In this document: positions 1 through 9,104 of the stretch, piece after piece | How positions within the stretch are numbered: position 1 is the first letter of the stretch | Layout of the letters: the number at the start of each line of letters is the position of its first letter | Assembly: GCA_964511675.1 (NCBI GenBank) | Contig: CAZEGA010000001.1 | Span: 1 to 50,717, forward strand | DNA from: an uncultured Rheinheimera sp. | GTDB lineage: Bacteria; Pseudomonadota; Gammaproteobacteria; Enterobacterales; Alteromonadaceae | Direction: 5' to 3' | DNA length: 50,717 bases | Made by a program: the position numbers and the translations under genes | Notes under the pieces: generated by a model | What the model saw: only the letters and a program-made list of their open reading frames with translations | What the model was told of the DNA's origin: nothing | The model's database searches: none

Positions 1-974
1 TCGACGCCGACCTGCCGGCCGCCTGCATCCGGGTTGGCTTTATGCCAAACATCCAGCTGCTGCTGAACCTTAGCCAACACCCAGTGTGGCTTACTGTCAT
101 TTACTTCCCGTGCCATACGGATAATACGCGCCTGCCCGGGGCAGGAATCAACAATAAACCAGGGATCTACCGCTATACAGTGGCCGCCCACTCCCGCTCC
201 CGGTTGCAAAATGTTTACCCTGGGGTGGCGGTTCGCCAGTGCGATAAGCTCCCACACGTTAATGTTAAGCTGATCGCAAATCATTGACAGTTCATTGGCA
301 AAGGCAATATTGACATCACGAAAACTGTTTTCTGTCAGCTTTGCCATTTCCGCCGTCCGGGCATTGGTCACCACACAATCACCCTGCACGAAAATCTTGT
401 ACAGCTTGACAGCGGCGGCAGAACAGGCGGCAGTCATGCCACCAATAACGCGATCATTTTGCACTAGCTCTCTGAGCACATGGCCCGGTAACACCCGCTC
501 CGGACAATGTGCAATGCGAATATCCGCTGTTTCGCCATGGCTTTGCGGAAAGGTTAAATCTGGCCGCGCTATGGCCAGCCACTGTGCCATTTGCTCGGTA
601 GCCCCTACCGGCGAGGTAGACTCCAGTATGACCAGGTTACCCTTTGCCAGAACCGGTGCTATGGTCTTGCAAGCAGACTCTATGTAACTTAAATCAGCGG
701 CGTGATCGTCTTTAAACGGGGTAGGTACGGCAACAATAAAAGCGTCCGCTGCAACTGCCTGGGTTGATGCCGATAAATACCCCTCGGTTACTGCCGCCCG
801 GACAACAATATCTAAATCCGGCTCAACAATATGGATCTCACCACGGTTTATTGTCGCTACCGCCGTTTCGTTTACATCCACCCCAAAAACCCTGACTTTA
901 CGGGAAGCGAAAACGGCTGCGGTAGGCAAACCAATATAACCCAGGCCAATCACAGACAGTGTCGAAATGGTCAT
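1..974 (-). CDS. wecC: UDP-N-acetyl-D-mannosamine dehydrogenase (3' end runs off the window)
   Basis: Not in the ORF track. Hand translation from ATG at 974 (GGAG RBS at 981-984) gives MTISTLSVIGLGYIGLPTAAVFAS...AVPTPF...LESTSPVG...HCPERVLPG...AEMAKLTENSFRDVNIAFANEL...GVGGHCIAVDPWF. Confidence 0.93.
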   Translation of the reverse strand, partial: MTISTLSVIGLGYIGLPTAAVFASRKVRVFGVDVNETAVATINRGEIHIVEPDLDIVVRAAVTEGYLSASTQAVAADAFIVAVPTPFKDDHAADLSYIESACKTIAPVLAKGNLVILESTSPVGATEQMAQWLAIARPDLTFPQSHGETADIRIAHCPERVLPGHVLRELVQNDRVIGGMTAACSAAAVKLYKIFVQGDCVVTNARTAEMAKLTENSFRDVNIAFANELSMICDQLNINVWELIALANRHPRVNILQPGAGVGGHCIAVDPWFIVDSCPGQARIIRMAREVNDSKPHWVLAKVQQQLDVWHKANPDAGGRQVGV

Positions 975-1004
975 GCTGTTCTCCATGCAAAAATTAGCAC
1001 ATTA

Positions 1005-4000
1005 TTATTCAGCGCAGGTATGAAACAGCGCCAGCTCCTGCTTAATCATCAACGCGGTACCGCGCTGTGCAACCCTGGTTGCACCATTGGCGGATAGCCG
1101 CAAATACAGCGCTGGATCACGCACCAACGTTAACAACGCAGCAGCCAGTGCCTCAGGCGACTCTGGCTCACACAGCATAGCGCTGTTGTCATCACAAAAC
1201 TCCGGCACCGCCGCCACAGCGTTGGTTACTACAACCAGCCCGGAAGCCATCGCCTCATCTCGTGAAACGCCCTGGCTGTCCCAACGTGTCGGGCACAAAA
1301 AAACACCGTAATCACGGTGTAGCGCCGCTATTTGCGGTTGTGGTAAAAAGCCGCGTTGTAACCTGACATTGGCGAGCCCCAATAGCGGCCTGGTCAGTTC
1401 ATCAAACAGCACGCCCTCCCCCATCACTGCTATATCCAGCTCGTTAAACTCAGGTTGTTGCTTTAACAACAACACTGCCGCTACGGCAAGGTCATTAGCA
1501 TACTGTGCCGAGCTGAACGGGCGCAAAACAAGTATTTTTTTCCGGTCAGAAAGCTGTTTTGGCTGATACGCAAATAAACGGGTATTTATCGGGTTAGCCA
1601 ATACCCGGTACCGGTTGCCCGGTAGTGGCGGGTCTAATGCCAGATCGGTAAGCACTTCAGTGGCAAAATGTTGCGAGACAAACACCAAATGCAGCTTCGC
1701 AGGGCAAGGCTGCAACACCTCCCGCCAAAATTGCAAACGCCGTTCGCTTTGTACCAGAGCTGCGGCATAGCCGGCGTCATCAGGGTAGTTAAAGCGCCGG
1801 CGCTGCGCACTATGCACTTCTGCCCCATGCAACCACACAGTCACCGGCACCGCTGCCACTACTTGTTTCAGCACCTGCCATATTGCACTATCTAAAAAAT
1901 GCACCAGCACATGCTTATACTTACCCGCCGTTAAACCTGGCAACAATAACGACGGGCAACCGGTTACAACCTGCACACCATCAAACTGATGAAAACTCAG
2001 TGGCGCTTTGGGGCGGCTGCGAAATACATCCACTTTTACGCCCTGTTCAGCATACCCTTTTACTCTGCTATGCACAAAAGCATTGCGGTACAGGGAATCA
2101 TCAGACGGATAATGGTTGGTTATAAGCAGGTAGTCGCTGGCAGGCACGGCTAATAGGTTATTCAGTGGCTGATGAGCCAAACGCAGTGCCTGCACTTGTA
2201 CTGTAACCTCACCGCTTAACCGCCAGCCCAGTTTAATGCTGTCGCACTGCGCAGGCAGCTGCATCTGCAAATTGGTTGCCGGGGCAAAAAACTCATGCCC
2301 CAATTTGTTGCCATCTTTGTCCAGATACAGCAGCACCAGCAACACTTTGTCGCTGTATGTAGCATCAACGAAGAGGGGTAAGGTCATAGTGTCAGCGGTG
2401 TTCTTATGCTGCTGACGAAAATTTGCTGCAGGTATCAGGTCAGGCGCATATAAATACTGATGCTTACCCGCCTCCAGCATAGCCTGGATAGTAAAACTTT
2501 GCCGGGTTATCTTAGTGGTAATTCCAGCCGCGCTGGCTGCCTGAAACAACACGCCAAGTCCTGTGGCACAGAGCTCTGCCTCAAGTGCAAATACCGGCGG
2601 TACAAAACCATTTAACAACACCTTGTAATCGGCGCTGGGGCAAGTATCAACCCGATAACCACGCACGGCTTCATCGGCGCTAAGCAGTTGATGGCGCATT
2701 TGGTACAACTGTTTATGCCGCGCGCGTACAGAGTGGTCTGCCAGCAGCTGATGCTCAGCATGCTGATACATATCGGCAGTCAGATTATTACCATCATAAC
2801 GCTGATACAGCACAGGATAACGGTACCAGGATGCAGCCGCCTTGCCTTTGATTGCTTTTAAGCGGTCAATAAACTCGCTATCGGCATTTTTGCAAATATT
2901 CTCATAATACCCAAGCTGTTGATGCAATGCCACTGGTGCACACAAGGTCGCCGAACCATAACGTTCGGCCAGGCCATCCAGTGTTAACGGCTGGCCGGCA
3001 CTATCAATTCGCACCATATCAGCAATACAGACTGCCGCCTGGTCGTCCTGTTGCAACCGGGCCAACTGGAGCCAGGCACGCGCAATACTGCTGATATCAT
3101 CGGCATCCTGTACCAGATAACTCCCCGCCCGCTGCTGCCAGTTGGCAATAATACGGTTGCGGATGCTATAAGTGCCCCGCCTTCCGCCACTATGCTCAAA
3201 CTGGAGCGGCAAGGTACTGGGTGCCAAAGCCTGAAACTGCTGCAACCGTGCAACTGAGCCATCACTGCTGCCATCGTCAATAACGTGTAATGCCACCTGG
3301 CTATAGCTTTGCATCGCAACGCTGTACAATGCCTGCTGCAAATACCCTGCTTTGTTGTACAAAGACATAGCAAACACAGCCAGACCCGCATCTGGCGGGG
3401 TCATTGCCGTAAAATCTGGCAAACGGCGCAGGCTCAGCACCATACGCGGTACGCTCAACTGATGCCATAACATTGCGCCAGCATGCTGTGCAGGCAACAA
3501 ATCAAGCAGTATTGTGCTGCCATCATCACAAGCGATAAACAGCGGTAATAACTTAGCGGCAACATCTATATCGTGATCTGCACCAAGCTGCCAGCAATCG
3601 GCAATATCACCCTGCCACAATTCGCCCTGATAAAACGGTAAACTTAAAAACCTCTGCAAGCCACCAAAACGCGCCACACCCGCTGCACTGACAAATAAAC
3701 TTTGCTGTAATAATGCCTTGCTGCCTGTGCGGGCAGCAGGTTGGCTCCCGGTTAACAACGCGGATAACATCTGCTGCACCGGACAATTCCGGGGTAAGGT
3801 ACGGGGCCTGAACGCAGATACCGCACCAGCCAGTACTTCTGCACCGGCCATTGCGGTTAGCACATCAGACGTAACAGGTTGTTGCCAGCTATCGGCAATA
3901 AGGGGGATATTGCTGTCAGGTCGCAACCAGGTCAGCCATACGCTGGCATCTGGCAAACATTTAATAGCATCAAGCGCATCGGTTGCTAAAAACTGCTCGT

Positions 4001-4217
4001 CTGTACTTAACAGCACCCGCTCAAACATACCCGCGCGTAATGCGGTCAGTATATCCGGATCAGCAAAAACCTGTCTGACACTGCAGCCTGCCAACAACAC
4101 TCTCAGCCCGCTTTGCCTGGCCTGTGTTGCCAGTGCAACAACCGTAGCACCGGCGCACTGCGGGCTAAGCACAAGGCCCAGCCAGGATGCCGGTACCTTG
4201 TTAGATGGTTTTGACAT
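1005..4217 (-). CDS. Large multidomain glycosyltransferase (GT2 domain plus C-terminal GT4 domain)
   Basis: GT2 motifs (SLYNKAGYL, VIDDGSSDGS, QDADD) and a GT4 C-terminus (CPTRWDSQGVSRDEAMASG). The ORF is open to 4385; MSKPSN at 4217 is the preferred start, but this is uncertain. Confidence 0.85.
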   Translation of the reverse strand: MSKPSNKVPASWLGLVLSPQCAGATVVALATQARQSGLRVLLAGCSVRQVFADPDILTALRAGMFERVLLSTDEQFLATDALDAIKCLPDASVWLTWLRPDSNIPLIADSWQQPVTSDVLTAMAGAEVLAGAVSAFRPRTLPRNCPVQQMLSALLTGSQPAARTGSKALLQQSLFVSAAGVARFGGLQRFLSLPFYQGELWQGDIADCWQLGADHDIDVAAKLLPLFIACDDGSTILLDLLPAQHAGAMLWHQLSVPRMVLSLRRLPDFTAMTPPDAGLAVFAMSLYNKAGYLQQALYSVAMQSYSQVALHVIDDGSSDGSVARLQQFQALAPSTLPLQFEHSGGRRGTYSIRNRIIANWQQRAGSYLVQDADDISSIARAWLQLARLQQDDQAAVCIADMVRIDSAGQPLTLDGLAERYGSATLCAPVALHQQLGYYENICKNADSEFIDRLKAIKGKAAASWYRYPVLYQRYDGNNLTADMYQHAEHQLLADHSVRARHKQLYQMRHQLLSADEAVRGYRVDTCPSADYKVLLNGFVPPVFALEAELCATGLGVLFQAASAAGITTKITRQSFTIQAMLEAGKHQYLYAPDLIPAANFRQQHKNTADTMTLPLFVDATYSDKVLLVLLYLDKDGNKLGHEFFAPATNLQMQLPAQCDSIKLGWRLSGEVTVQVQALRLAHQPLNNLLAVPASDYLLITNHYPSDDSLYRNAFVHSRVKGYAEQGVKVDVFRSRPKAPLSFHQFDGVQVVTGCPSLLLPGLTAGKYKHVLVHFLDSAIWQVLKQVVAAVPVTVWLHGAEVHSAQRRRFNYPDDAGYAAALVQSERRLQFWREVLQPCPAKLHLVFVSQHFATEVLTDLALDPPLPGNRYRVLANPINTRLFAYQPKQLSDRKKILVLRPFSSAQYANDLAVAAVLLLKQQPEFNELDIAVMGEGVLFDELTRPLLGLANVRLQRGFLPQPQIAALHRDYGVFLCPTRWDSQGVSRDEAMASGLVVVTNAVAAVPEFCDDNSAMLCEPESPEALAAALLTLVRDPALYLRLSANGATRVAQRGTALMIKQELALFHTCAE

Positions 4218-4478
4218 TACTGCCTTAAAGGTTAACCGATAGATAATGACGGCATCATAATAGAAAACTACGCCCCAGTTCAACGCAAGGTACGGCAAAC
4301 TCCGCCAGCTGCTGCTTTTATCTACCAGAGAAAAGCAGTGCATGTTTCGGATGAATCCTAACCAGCAGTTTCCAGCTGTTCTCATTCGTCAAGCAATGCC
4401 TGCCCCTACCTCTTTCTAAGTGACTCAAATACCGGTGGCCTTTCCAGCAAAAACTCCTTATCTGCCGGTTCTTCACTG

Positions 4479-5219
4479 CTAAACAGCGATTCCTGCATGA
4501 AACCATGGCTGATCACATCTGGCATGGGGGATCACAACACCACCATAGCGTTGTTGTAATGCAGGGTTAGAAACAGTGACAGCATCAAAACACGGCACCA
4601 AACTTACCGCCAACTCAGTCCAGACAGCTTCATTTAACTGTAGTGCAGTAGCTTCCGCCTGACCTGGTTGGGTCTTATCTAAAAAAGCCAACTCCTCATC
4701 GTCAATATCAACAATGACCGAAGCGCCCCAGATCAGCTTATATAGCAAGCCAAGTACAATGCCGGGTAAACGGGGTTTACTAATATGCACCTGGTGCAAT
4801 GGGTGTTGTAGTACAAACTGGCAGCTAACAGATAATAATCTTGAGTGTTCTGCCAGCTCAAACCGCGTAATATCCTGGCTAATATGCGCCAGAGGCGGCC
4901 ATACCTTGTGCCAGCGCGGGTAAGGTACACAGCCCAGTAGCTGGCAATCATAGCCTGCAGCCTTGTAGCAGTCGGCCAGTGTAACAGTGCGACCCAACGC
5001 ATTATTGGCGGTATTCCAACAAAAAATACCTACAGATTGCGCTTCGCCACCACTACTGGCGACAAAATGCTGTTTAACTAGAGTCAGATTTACTAAATAA
5101 AATGGTACCAGCGCAGGATTAGCCCATAAAAACCCCATAAACTCCCTGCACGCGTCAACCCAGTTGGCATGTTTATATAACGTATTAGCACAGGCGATAG
5201 TTGGAGCCTTTATTGTCAT
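4479..5219 (-). pseudogene. Glycosyltransferase N-terminal half (TPR-like helix plus GT-B N-lobe), apparently C-terminally truncated
   Basis: Contains NNALGR, HISKPRLPG, IVDIDDEELAF and AVTVSNPALQQRYGGVVIPHAR, then stops at 246 aa with no nucleotide-binding C-lobe. Confidence 0.6.
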
Positions 5220-5276
5220 AAATTTTAGTCACTACTAAATAAATTGCACTTGCCTTTGCACATAACATGTTCAAAT

Positions 5277-5360
5277 TCAAGATCCCAGGCCCCATTGCTT
5301 TGTTTACTGCTTTATATCCAGTAGATCTGCCTGCGCTTCTGCTGATAATTGTCTTTTCAA
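5277..5360 (-). pseudogene. ParE/RelE toxin remnant
   Basis: A TTG at 5360 overlaps the antitoxin stop and reads MKRQLSAEAQADLLDIKQ*TKQWGLGS*. It aligns by eye with the intact ParE at 10429 (KLTPEAIQDIAGIQRYTDTKWS); TAA at 5306-5304 sits at the Tyr position. Confidence 0.75.
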
Positions 5361-5614
5361 TCGTACCGCCCATCAACCAGATCATTGATAAAGGTTTCCG
5401 CATCCACCATGCCGCTGGTATCCCCCGCTTTTATCCTGGACGATATTTCCCGGATTGACCTGGCCATGGCACGGTCAATTTCGTTGTAGGATTCAGCGGA
5501 CAATACAACCGCTACCGGCTTGCCATTTTTGTTTATTTGCACCGGTTCAACCTGCGCTTTTAGCAGCATGCTGCCAAAGTTTGTTTTGGCCTGATTGGCT
5601 GTTAATGACTCCAT
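5357..5614 (-). CDS. Phd/YefM family antitoxin
   Basis: MESLTANQAKTNFGSMLLKAQVEPVQINKNGKPVAVVLS is a typical Phd N-terminus. Start moved from 5650 to the ATG at 5614. Confidence 0.88.
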   Translation of the reverse strand: MESLTANQAKTNFGSMLLKAQVEPVQINKNGKPVAVVLSAESYNEIDRAMARSIREISSRIKAGDTSGMVDAETFINDLVDGRYD

Positions 5615-5650
5615 GATATGCACCTTAAACCGTTCGATTCGACTATCCAC

Positions 5651-5680
5651 AATAATACGCCCGGCTGACGGGAATTGCCA
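5651..5680 (-). promoter_or_regulatory. Putative sigma70 promoter of the left phd module
   Basis: TGGCAA-17 bp-TATTAT on the minus strand; 23/30 identical to the site at 10113-10142 upstream of the paralogous phd. Confidence 0.55.
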
Positions 5681-5713
5681 GCCGCTACCACGGCCTTACC
5701 GGCGGCAAAACGC

Positions 5714-6291
5714 TTATCGTGTGGGCTGCAATTTTAGCTTGTGTATAACGGGAATAACTTCGTTACTGGCTAAGTTAAGTCGTTTCAGAGCCGTTTTAAG
5801 TTGTTGTAGCGAAGTATGTTCGGCTGACAGCACCAGCAGTGCACGATAGAAGGCTCCTTCCGGTTTATTTGCCCAGCGCAATTTACTTTGAACGGTATGT
5901 TTTACCACGACTTGCTGATTGCCCATTTTAAATTCGCGAGATGGGTCTGAAGTCCAGAATACGGTTTTTACCGGAGCCTGAGTTTGTAAACCTAAGCGAT
6001 AGGCCTCTTCAAGCCCTTGGGGCACCATGTTGTAACAGTGTTTACGGGCCCACGACAGTGCGACTTCTTCTGCGGTAGCTGTTGTCTTGATGGATGGAAA
6101 GCTTTTCAGCGGTTTAGGTCTGGCATAGATACCTTTGGCTACCCGGACAACTGTACCTTCTTGTGCCAGCCGGCTCAGCGCTTTTTGCACAGACGTGACA
6201 GAGCCCAGAGCATAAAAGCCCTCTATGGTAAACGGCATCCCTTTTTTTGTAAACGGGATACTCTGTGAGCGACTAAGGCAGAGACTGACAT
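5714..6291 (-). CDS. DUF6088 / AbiEi-like winged-helix protein, frameshifted near the 5' end
   Basis: SVQKALSRLAQEGTVVRVAKGIYARPK and AYRLGLQTQAP are AbiEi-like. A plausible N-terminus (MSVSALVAHRVSRLQK, ATG 6291) lies in another frame and joins at an A7 tract (6242-6248). Confidence 0.7.
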
Positions 6292-6604
6292 CGTAGCAGG
6301 CTTCTGACGTATGGTTCGTAAGGTGATTTCATTTTAGCTCAATATAGGTAACAGCAGATTTATACCCATGTCAGCAGGCAAAAGCTTAGTCAGGTGTATC
6401 AGAATACCCATCCATCAGCTAAAGGTGCCAGTGGGTTGTTCTCGTAATTTGCCGCTCACTTTTGCATGTAAATTCCATTCAAATCTATTTAATGATTTAT
6501 TTCTGGTAATTATTGTCAATTATTACCATTTTAATAGCTTAAATTATATTCTCATGCTAAATTTTGGCCATTATTGTCAAATACCTCATTTTGGGAGAAT
6601 CTCA

Positions 6605-7876
6605 ATGTTAATTGAGATGAGCGTTGCGAATTTCCGCTCGTTAAATGGCACACAAACTTTTAGTTTAGTAAAAGGTACAGGTGATGAGCTAGCAGTATCC
6701 AATTCCTTTAAGGTCGATTCTGTTAATGCACTTGAACTGCTGCGTTCAGCTGCGATTTACGGCCCAAATGCCAGCGGAAAGTCTAATTTTCTTCGTGCTT
6801 TGCAAACGATGAAGCGTATCGTGCTTGAGTCTGCTACTAGCCGGCAGCGAGGGGATCGCTTGCCTGTCACGCCATTCCGCCTTTCACCAGAAACTCGTCA
6901 GGCACCAAGTGAGTTTGAAGTAACGTTTGTGGTGGAGGGGGTGCGCTATCAATATGGATTTTCAGCAACACCTGAACAGATCCATGAAGAATGGTTGTTG
7001 GCTTATCCTAAAGGGCGTGCCCAACGCTGGTTTACTCGTATTTGGATGGCAGAGCAAAACCGGTTTGAATGGGAGCTTGGTAATAATCTGGCTGGAGAAA
7101 AACAACTTTGGCAAAAGTCTACCCGCGACAATGCCCTATTTCTTTCAACGGCTGTGCAACTGAACAGTGAACAGCTGCAACCGGTATTTGATTGGTTTAA
7201 GAGCAAACTTCGTTTGGCTAATGTTGGTGGATGGGGACCTTCATTCAGTGCAGAGTTGTGTGAAAGTGAAGAAAAGTCCAAGGTGATGGACTTTCTCAAT
7301 GCAGCTGATATTAATATTGACAACATTATCATTGAGACGAGGCCGTTTGATCTTAATGAGCTTCCTGATGAAATGCCTGAGTCATTAAGAAGCATGATCG
7401 CTGGTGAGATGAAGGGCGAGAAAATTCGAGAAATCAAAACCATTCACAAAGATAGCGAGGGAAATTCAGTCATCTTTGATTTTGACGATGAATCTGATGG
7501 AACTCAAAAGTTATTTTCATTTGCCGGGCCTTGGATTGACAGCCTAGAAAATGGCTATGTGCTATTTATTGACGAGTTACACGACAATTTGCATCCGAGA
7601 TTGGTTCGCTTTCTGGTCGAGTTATTCCATAATCCGAAAATCAACTCAAAAAATGCGCAATTGGTTTTCACTACTCATGAGACATCTATTTTAAGCCAAG
7701 AGGTATTTCGTCGGGATCAGGTCTGGTTTTGCGAGAAAGATGCTGCTCAAGCCACGAAGCTCTATCCTTTAACAGATTTTAGTCCGAGAAAAGGTCGCGA
7801 AAATCTGGAACTGGCTTATCTTTCTGGGCGTTATGGTGCTTTACCCTTTGTTAAGAACATTCGCTCAGCCTTTTAA
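6605..7876 (+). CDS. rloA: RloA / AAA_21 family ABC-type ATPase
   Basis: Walker A GPNASGKS, signature ESDGTQKL, Walker B LFIDEL, switch FTTHET, C-terminal YLSGRYGALP. ATG at 6605 has a GGGAG RBS. Confidence 0.85.
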   Translation: MLIEMSVANFRSLNGTQTFSLVKGTGDELAVSNSFKVDSVNALELLRSAAIYGPNASGKSNFLRALQTMKRIVLESATSRQRGDRLPVTPFRLSPETRQAPSEFEVTFVVEGVRYQYGFSATPEQIHEEWLLAYPKGRAQRWFTRIWMAEQNRFEWELGNNLAGEKQLWQKSTRDNALFLSTAVQLNSEQLQPVFDWFKSKLRLANVGGWGPSFSAELCESEEKSKVMDFLNAADINIDNIIIETRPFDLNELPDEMPESLRSMIAGEMKGEKIREIKTIHKDSEGNSVIFDFDDESDGTQKLFSFAGPWIDSLENGYVLFIDELHDNLHPRLVRFLVELFHNPKINSKNAQLVFTTHETSILSQEVFRRDQVWFCEKDAAQATKLYPLTDFSPRKGRENLELAYLSGRYGALPFVKNIRSAF

Positions 7877-7888
7877 GAGGGATATTTT

Positions 7889-8554
7889 GTGGGTACGGAT
7901 AACTTATTTCATAAGCGAAAGGCAAAAAATGCGAAAGATCTTCAAAGAAGAACTGCGCGCCGGGATGCTTACAAAAAAATTCTGATCGTCTGTGAGGGTG
8001 AAAAAACAGAGCCAAATTACTTTGAAGATGCCCGTGAACATTTTCGTCTTAATACGGTTAATGTTGAAGTTCGGGGCGATTGTGGTTCTGATCCAATGAG
8101 TATCGTCAACTTTGCAAAGCAGCGCTTCCGGGAAGAGAAAGATGCTGGCGATCCGTTTGAACAGGTCTATTGCGTTTTTGATAAAGATGGCCACAATACC
8201 TATACGCAAGCTTTAAGTTCCATAGCATCGTCTACGCCGCGAGGCGTTTATTTTGCCATTAACTCCGTTCCTTGTTTTGAGTATTGGCTGCTATTGCATT
8301 TTGTTTATACAACCAGACCTTATACAGCGCTTCCCGGGAATAGCTCAGGTAATCAGGTTTTAACGGAACTAAAAAACTACATTCCGGATTATGAGAAAGG
8401 TAGCCGAAAGATATTCTCAGGCCTTATCGGTCAATTGGAGCAAGCAAAGCGCTTCGCCGAAAGGTCTTTGCAAGAAGGCCATCGTAATCAAACAGATAAT
8501 CCCAGTACGCATGTACATAAGCTTGTTCAGATTTTGCAGGATCTAAAAAGCTAA
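7889..8554 (+). CDS. rloB: RloB family protein (TOPRIM-like)
   Basis: ILIVCEGEKTEPNYF, VYCVFDKD, SVPCFEYWLLLHF and NPSTHVHKLV; directly follows the ATPase. Confidence 0.88.
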   Translation: MGTDNLFHKRKAKNAKDLQRRTARRDAYKKILIVCEGEKTEPNYFEDAREHFRLNTVNVEVRGDCGSDPMSIVNFAKQRFREEKDAGDPFEQVYCVFDKDGHNTYTQALSSIASSTPRGVYFAINSVPCFEYWLLLHFVYTTRPYTALPGNSSGNQVLTELKNYIPDYEKGSRKIFSGLIGQLEQAKRFAERSLQEGHRNQTDNPSTHVHKLVQILQDLKS

Positions 8555-8584
8555 GACTCTTGTATCGTGCTGCCGAGTTTCATA

Positions 8585-8632
8585 CAGATCGCCGAAAACC
8601 GGCTAAAGGAGATTAAAAATGCTGACGCATGA
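8585..8632 (+). pseudogene. 3' remnant of a HigB/RelE-like toxin gene
   Basis: Reads QIAENRLKEIKNADA* and overlaps the start of the XRE gene. It resembles the C-terminus of toxins that precede such antitoxins. Confidence 0.55.
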
Positions 8633-8906
8633 ACAAATGATCGAAAAAATGATGAGTAACCCCGCCGTGCGTGCTGAATACGAGCGTATTGAGCGTGAGG
8701 AAATGCCTATGCTTGACGCTATCCTCAAAGTGCGTGCAGAGGCCGGAATGACCCAGGCACAAGTAGCCGAGCGCATGGGCACCAAAGCCCCGGCGATTGC
8801 CAGGCTAGAAAATGCGTTGGTGACAGGAAAACACTCCCCATCCGTTGCCACACTTCAGAAATATGCCGCCGCGCTGGGCAAGAAACTGGAAGTACGGTTC
8901 GTCTGA
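8619..8906 (+). CDS. XRE-family HTH protein (HigA-like antitoxin)
   Basis: RAEAGMTQAQVAERMGTKAPAIARLE...PSVATLQKYAAALGKKL; AAGGAG RBS. Confidence 0.88.
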   Translation: MLTHEQMIEKMMSNPAVRAEYERIEREEMPMLDAILKVRAEAGMTQAQVAERMGTKAPAIARLENALVTGKHSPSVATLQKYAAALGKKLEVRFV

Positions 8907-8912
8907 CTGCAG

Positions 8913-9102
8913 ATCAACAGGGTCAGAGACATTGATTTTATGACAATAACGGGCTGGTTTTATATTCAAGCGCCCGCCTGCCCCGTCTTTATTTCCTGGT
9001 TGTGCGCGGCAATAACCGTAAAGCGTATTTTTCCGTCAGGCCATGGAGGAGACAGAAAGTCGGCGGAATTTCGCAAGAATCAATGACACTGACCCTATTG
9101 AT
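8913..9102 (+). mobile_element. Internally deleted RAYT (Y1 tyrosine transposase) element bounded by 25-bp inverted repeats
   Basis: ATCAACAGGGTCAGAGACATTGATT (8913-8937) is 22/25 complementary to AATCAATGACACTGACCCTATTGAT (9078-9102). The interior encodes ARLPRLYFLVVRGNNRKAYF (from 8972) and GHGGDRKSAEFRKNQ* (from 9039). Confidence 0.72.
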
Positions 9103-9104
9103 TC

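Noticed and set aside
42..1097. Plus-strand ORFs of 81, 130 and 88 aa
   Set aside because: They are antisense shadows of wecC, which the ORF track missed because its stop is outside the window.
6368..6604. 79-aa N-terminal extension of the ATPase ORF
   Set aside because: AT-rich, promoter-like sequence. The family-typical start (MLIEMSVANFRS) with an RBS is at 6605.
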